64,000 nucleotides of DNA, from assembly GCA_964576115.1 (NCBI GenBank), contig CAZNUA010000002.1, positions 85,789 to 149,788 of the forward strand. The letters run 5' to 3'. The DNA comes from an uncultured Gemmatimonadota bacterium. GTDB lineage: Bacteria; Blakebacterota; Blakebacteria; Blakebacterales; Blakebacteraceae. The notes under the pieces were generated by a model, which had not been told where the DNA came from, ran no database searches, and saw only the letters and a list, made by a program, of their open reading frames with translations. Each line of letters starts with the position of its first letter. Positions within the stretch are counted from its first letter, which is position 1. A program made the translations under genes and the position numbers. Shown piece after piece: positions 62,038 through 64,000 of the stretch.

Positions 62038-63285
62038 ATGCCGGCACGACTTCTCGTCGTCGAACGACATTTCCCCTACAGCGGGGGAGCACGCACCGAG
62101 AGCTTTGTTGCGCTCTGGCCTGCAATGGGGTGGCAGGTACGGGTGCTGACACGCGATCCCCCTTCCACTCCCTTCCCACTCGACGAAGTCATGGCCGGGA
62201 TACCGGCCGGGGTGGAGATCGAGCGTGTGACTGCCCGCCGACCGGGCGAGGGTTCCGGTCTGATGCCCCCCCGGCTCCGGCGCGGTCTCTACCGTCTGGC
62301 GAACCGGCCCCTGCCCGGGAACGAGTGGATCGGGCCGGCTCTCGATGCATCTCTTACCGATGCCGGCGCTGCTCGCCCCAACCTCATCTACTCCTCGAGT
62401 CCGCCCGAGAGCGCTCACGAGATAGCTCTCCACCTTCGTGACCTGTGGGGTATCCCCTGGGTGATGGACGTGCGTGACCTCTTTACCCAGTACCGGGGCC
62501 GTTTCAGCGCCCTGACACCCCTGCACGCCGCCTGGGCCCGCCGTCTCGAGGCGCGATGGTACGCACGCTGCAACCGGCTGATTGTGAACACCGAGCACCA
62601 TCTCGAGCGGCTCCGCGAGAGGTTCGCAATCCGCGACGGGAACACCATCGTCATCCCCAACGGTTTCCGAGAAGATGACCGGCGCCATGCCGACCGACCG
62701 CTCCTGCCTGGTCCGATCAGCCGGGACCGGCCATTGAGGATCGGGTACCTGGGGGTGCTGTCGAAACCGGCCAACGCCTGGCAGGCGACCCTCGATGGCT
62801 TGGCCCGCGTATCATCGCTGGAGCGTCCAATCCTGCTGGAAATCTGGGGGCGCCCCGAGCCCGAGGTCACGCGGGTTGCAGAAACTCTCGGTCTGGCCAA
62901 CAGCGTATCCTTTCGTACCCCGCAGCCTCACGGCAAAGCGATGGAGGAAGTGGCGACCTGTGATTGTCTGCTGGTGACTACTGCCTCCACCCACGGCCAC
63001 CTGGTGCCCCAGAAACTCTACAACTACCTGGCTCTGGAACGGTGGGTCGCAGCTCTGGCGCCGGCCGGGTCGATGGTCGCGCGGGTCGTCGAGATGACCG
63101 GTGCCGGTGAAGTGGCCGAGCCCGATGCCGCCGGAGCGGCCCGTCTGCTCGAACACATGCAGGACCGGATCGATGCCGGGCAGATGCAGCCACCGATTGA
63201 TCGGACCGCCATCGAGACATACTCGCGCACCGTCCATGCCCGGCGACTATCCGAGGTATTCCACGAGGTTCTCGGCAATGGCTGA
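62038..63285 (+). CDS. glycosyltransferase, GT-B/GT4-like
   Basis: SSPPES.H, WVMDVRD, IPNGF and PQKLYNYL. Confidence 0.85.
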   Translation: MPARLLVVERHFPYSGGARTESFVALWPAMGWQVRVLTRDPPSTPFPLDEVMAGIPAGVEIERVTARRPGEGSGLMPPRLRRGLYRLANRPLPGNEWIGPALDASLTDAGAARPNLIYSSSPPESAHEIALHLRDLWGIPWVMDVRDLFTQYRGRFSALTPLHAAWARRLEARWYARCNRLIVNTEHHLERLRERFAIRDGNTIVIPNGFREDDRRHADRPLLPGPISRDRPLRIGYLGVLSKPANAWQATLDGLARVSSLERPILLEIWGRPEPEVTRVAETLGLANSVSFRTPQPHGKAMEEVATCDCLLVTTASTHGHLVPQKLYNYLALERWVAALAPAGSMVARVVEMTGAGEVAEPDAAGAARLLEHMQDRIDAGQMQPPIDRTAIETYSRTVHARRLSEVFHEVLGNG

Positions 63286-64000
63286 GCCCCTGACCGTTCT
63301 CTTCATCGCCCGGGCGGTCACCATCCATGCCCGGCGCTGGATCGGGGCTGTCGCCGAGCGGGGAGTCCGCTGCCTTCTGGCGGCGGTGACGTCACCCGGG
63401 GAGCCCGAGAGGATAGAAGGTGCTGAGACGGTCGCGGTCCTCCCCGTCCGGGGAATCCGTCATCCCGCCTACCTGCCACGATTCCTGGCCAATACTCTCC
63501 GTCTGCGCCGGGCGATCGACCGCACCCGACCGGCTGTGGTGCATGCCCATTTCGTCGAGGACTGCGGTTGGCTGGGAGCCTTTTCCGGCTATCATCCATG
63601 GGGAGTTACAGCATGGGGTTCGGATCTGCTCGTTCTCCCCGATCGTTCGCGTCTCGGGGTGGGGCGTCGACTGACCCGGACGGCCCTGCGGCGGGCCGAT
63701 TTCCTCACCGCTCCGAGCCAGGCCCTGCTGGAGGCGGCCGATCGGCAGGGTCTGAGGTCGGGCCTGGGAACCCACCTCTTATGGGGCGTGGACCGGGGCC
63801 GTTTTCATCCCGATCTGGATCCGGCTCCTTTCCGTTCCCGGTTGAGGATTCCCGACGGTGTCCCCCTCGTTCTCTCCCCGCGGCGGATGGAGGGGCTGTA
63901 CCATATTGTGGACATCCTCGATGCCTGGGAGAGACTCCGCGCCGCCGGAGGACCGCGGTCGGTATTGGCTCTGGCCACCGACGGCGGTTCGCTCGAGCCC
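63278..64000 (+). CDS. GT4 glycosyltransferase, truncated by the window end
   Basis: Not in the ORF track; manual translation MAEPLTVLFIARAVTIHARRW...VVHAHF...TAWGSDLL...WGVDRGRF. Confidence 0.85.
   Translation, partial: MAEPLTVLFIARAVTIHARRWIGAVAERGVRCLLAAVTSPGEPERIEGAETVAVLPVRGIRHPAYLPRFLANTLRLRRAIDRTRPAVVHAHFVEDCGWLGAFSGYHPWGVTAWGSDLLVLPDRSRLGVGRRLTRTALRRADFLTAPSQALLEAADRQGLRSGLGTHLLWGVDRGRFHPDLDPAPFRSRLRIPDGVPLVLSPRRMEGLYHIVDILDAWERLRAAGGPRSVLALATDGGSLEP

Overview
High-GC bacterial (diderm) chromosome window spanning the replication origin; one 100-N scaffold gap at 59205-59304 suggests a draft or MAG. The lineage is probably FCB/Gemmatimonadota-like, an inference from gene content only. 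Left arm (mostly minus strand): acpS, HAD, thiL, a beta-propeller protein, an M28-like lipoprotein with eroded metal ligands, a site-2 protease, etfBA, an Omp85 protein, a UDP-sugar dehydrogenase, TrmH, two Cys-motif membrane proteins, rsmG, two parS sites, then yidC, yidD, rnpA and rpmH. Centre: bipartite oriC around dnaA, then dnaN-recF-dciA-gyrB-gyrA, with a histone-H1-like Lys-repeat tail on GyrA. After gyrA is a candidate sigma54 promoter with IHF and UAS-like elements. It heads a beta-helix/Omp85 fusion, a LiaF/toast-rack-like protein, DUF4390 and an NtrY/NtrX-type pair that keeps GAFTGA. This is the best candidate for an undescribed system, possibly an autoregulated envelope-stress module. 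The same strand continues with mfd, three PPIases, pdxA, ftsEX-envC, holB, metG, tatD, rsmA and rdgB, four tRNAs, mrp, proline dehydrogenase and a TPR protein. Right end: a surface-polysaccharide locus (ExeA-like ATPase, PHP-like protein, WbqC, PIG-L, DegT, WecA, HD-GYP, two GT4s). No CRISPR array, transposase or integrase was seen. All family calls come from motif recognition, not database searches.
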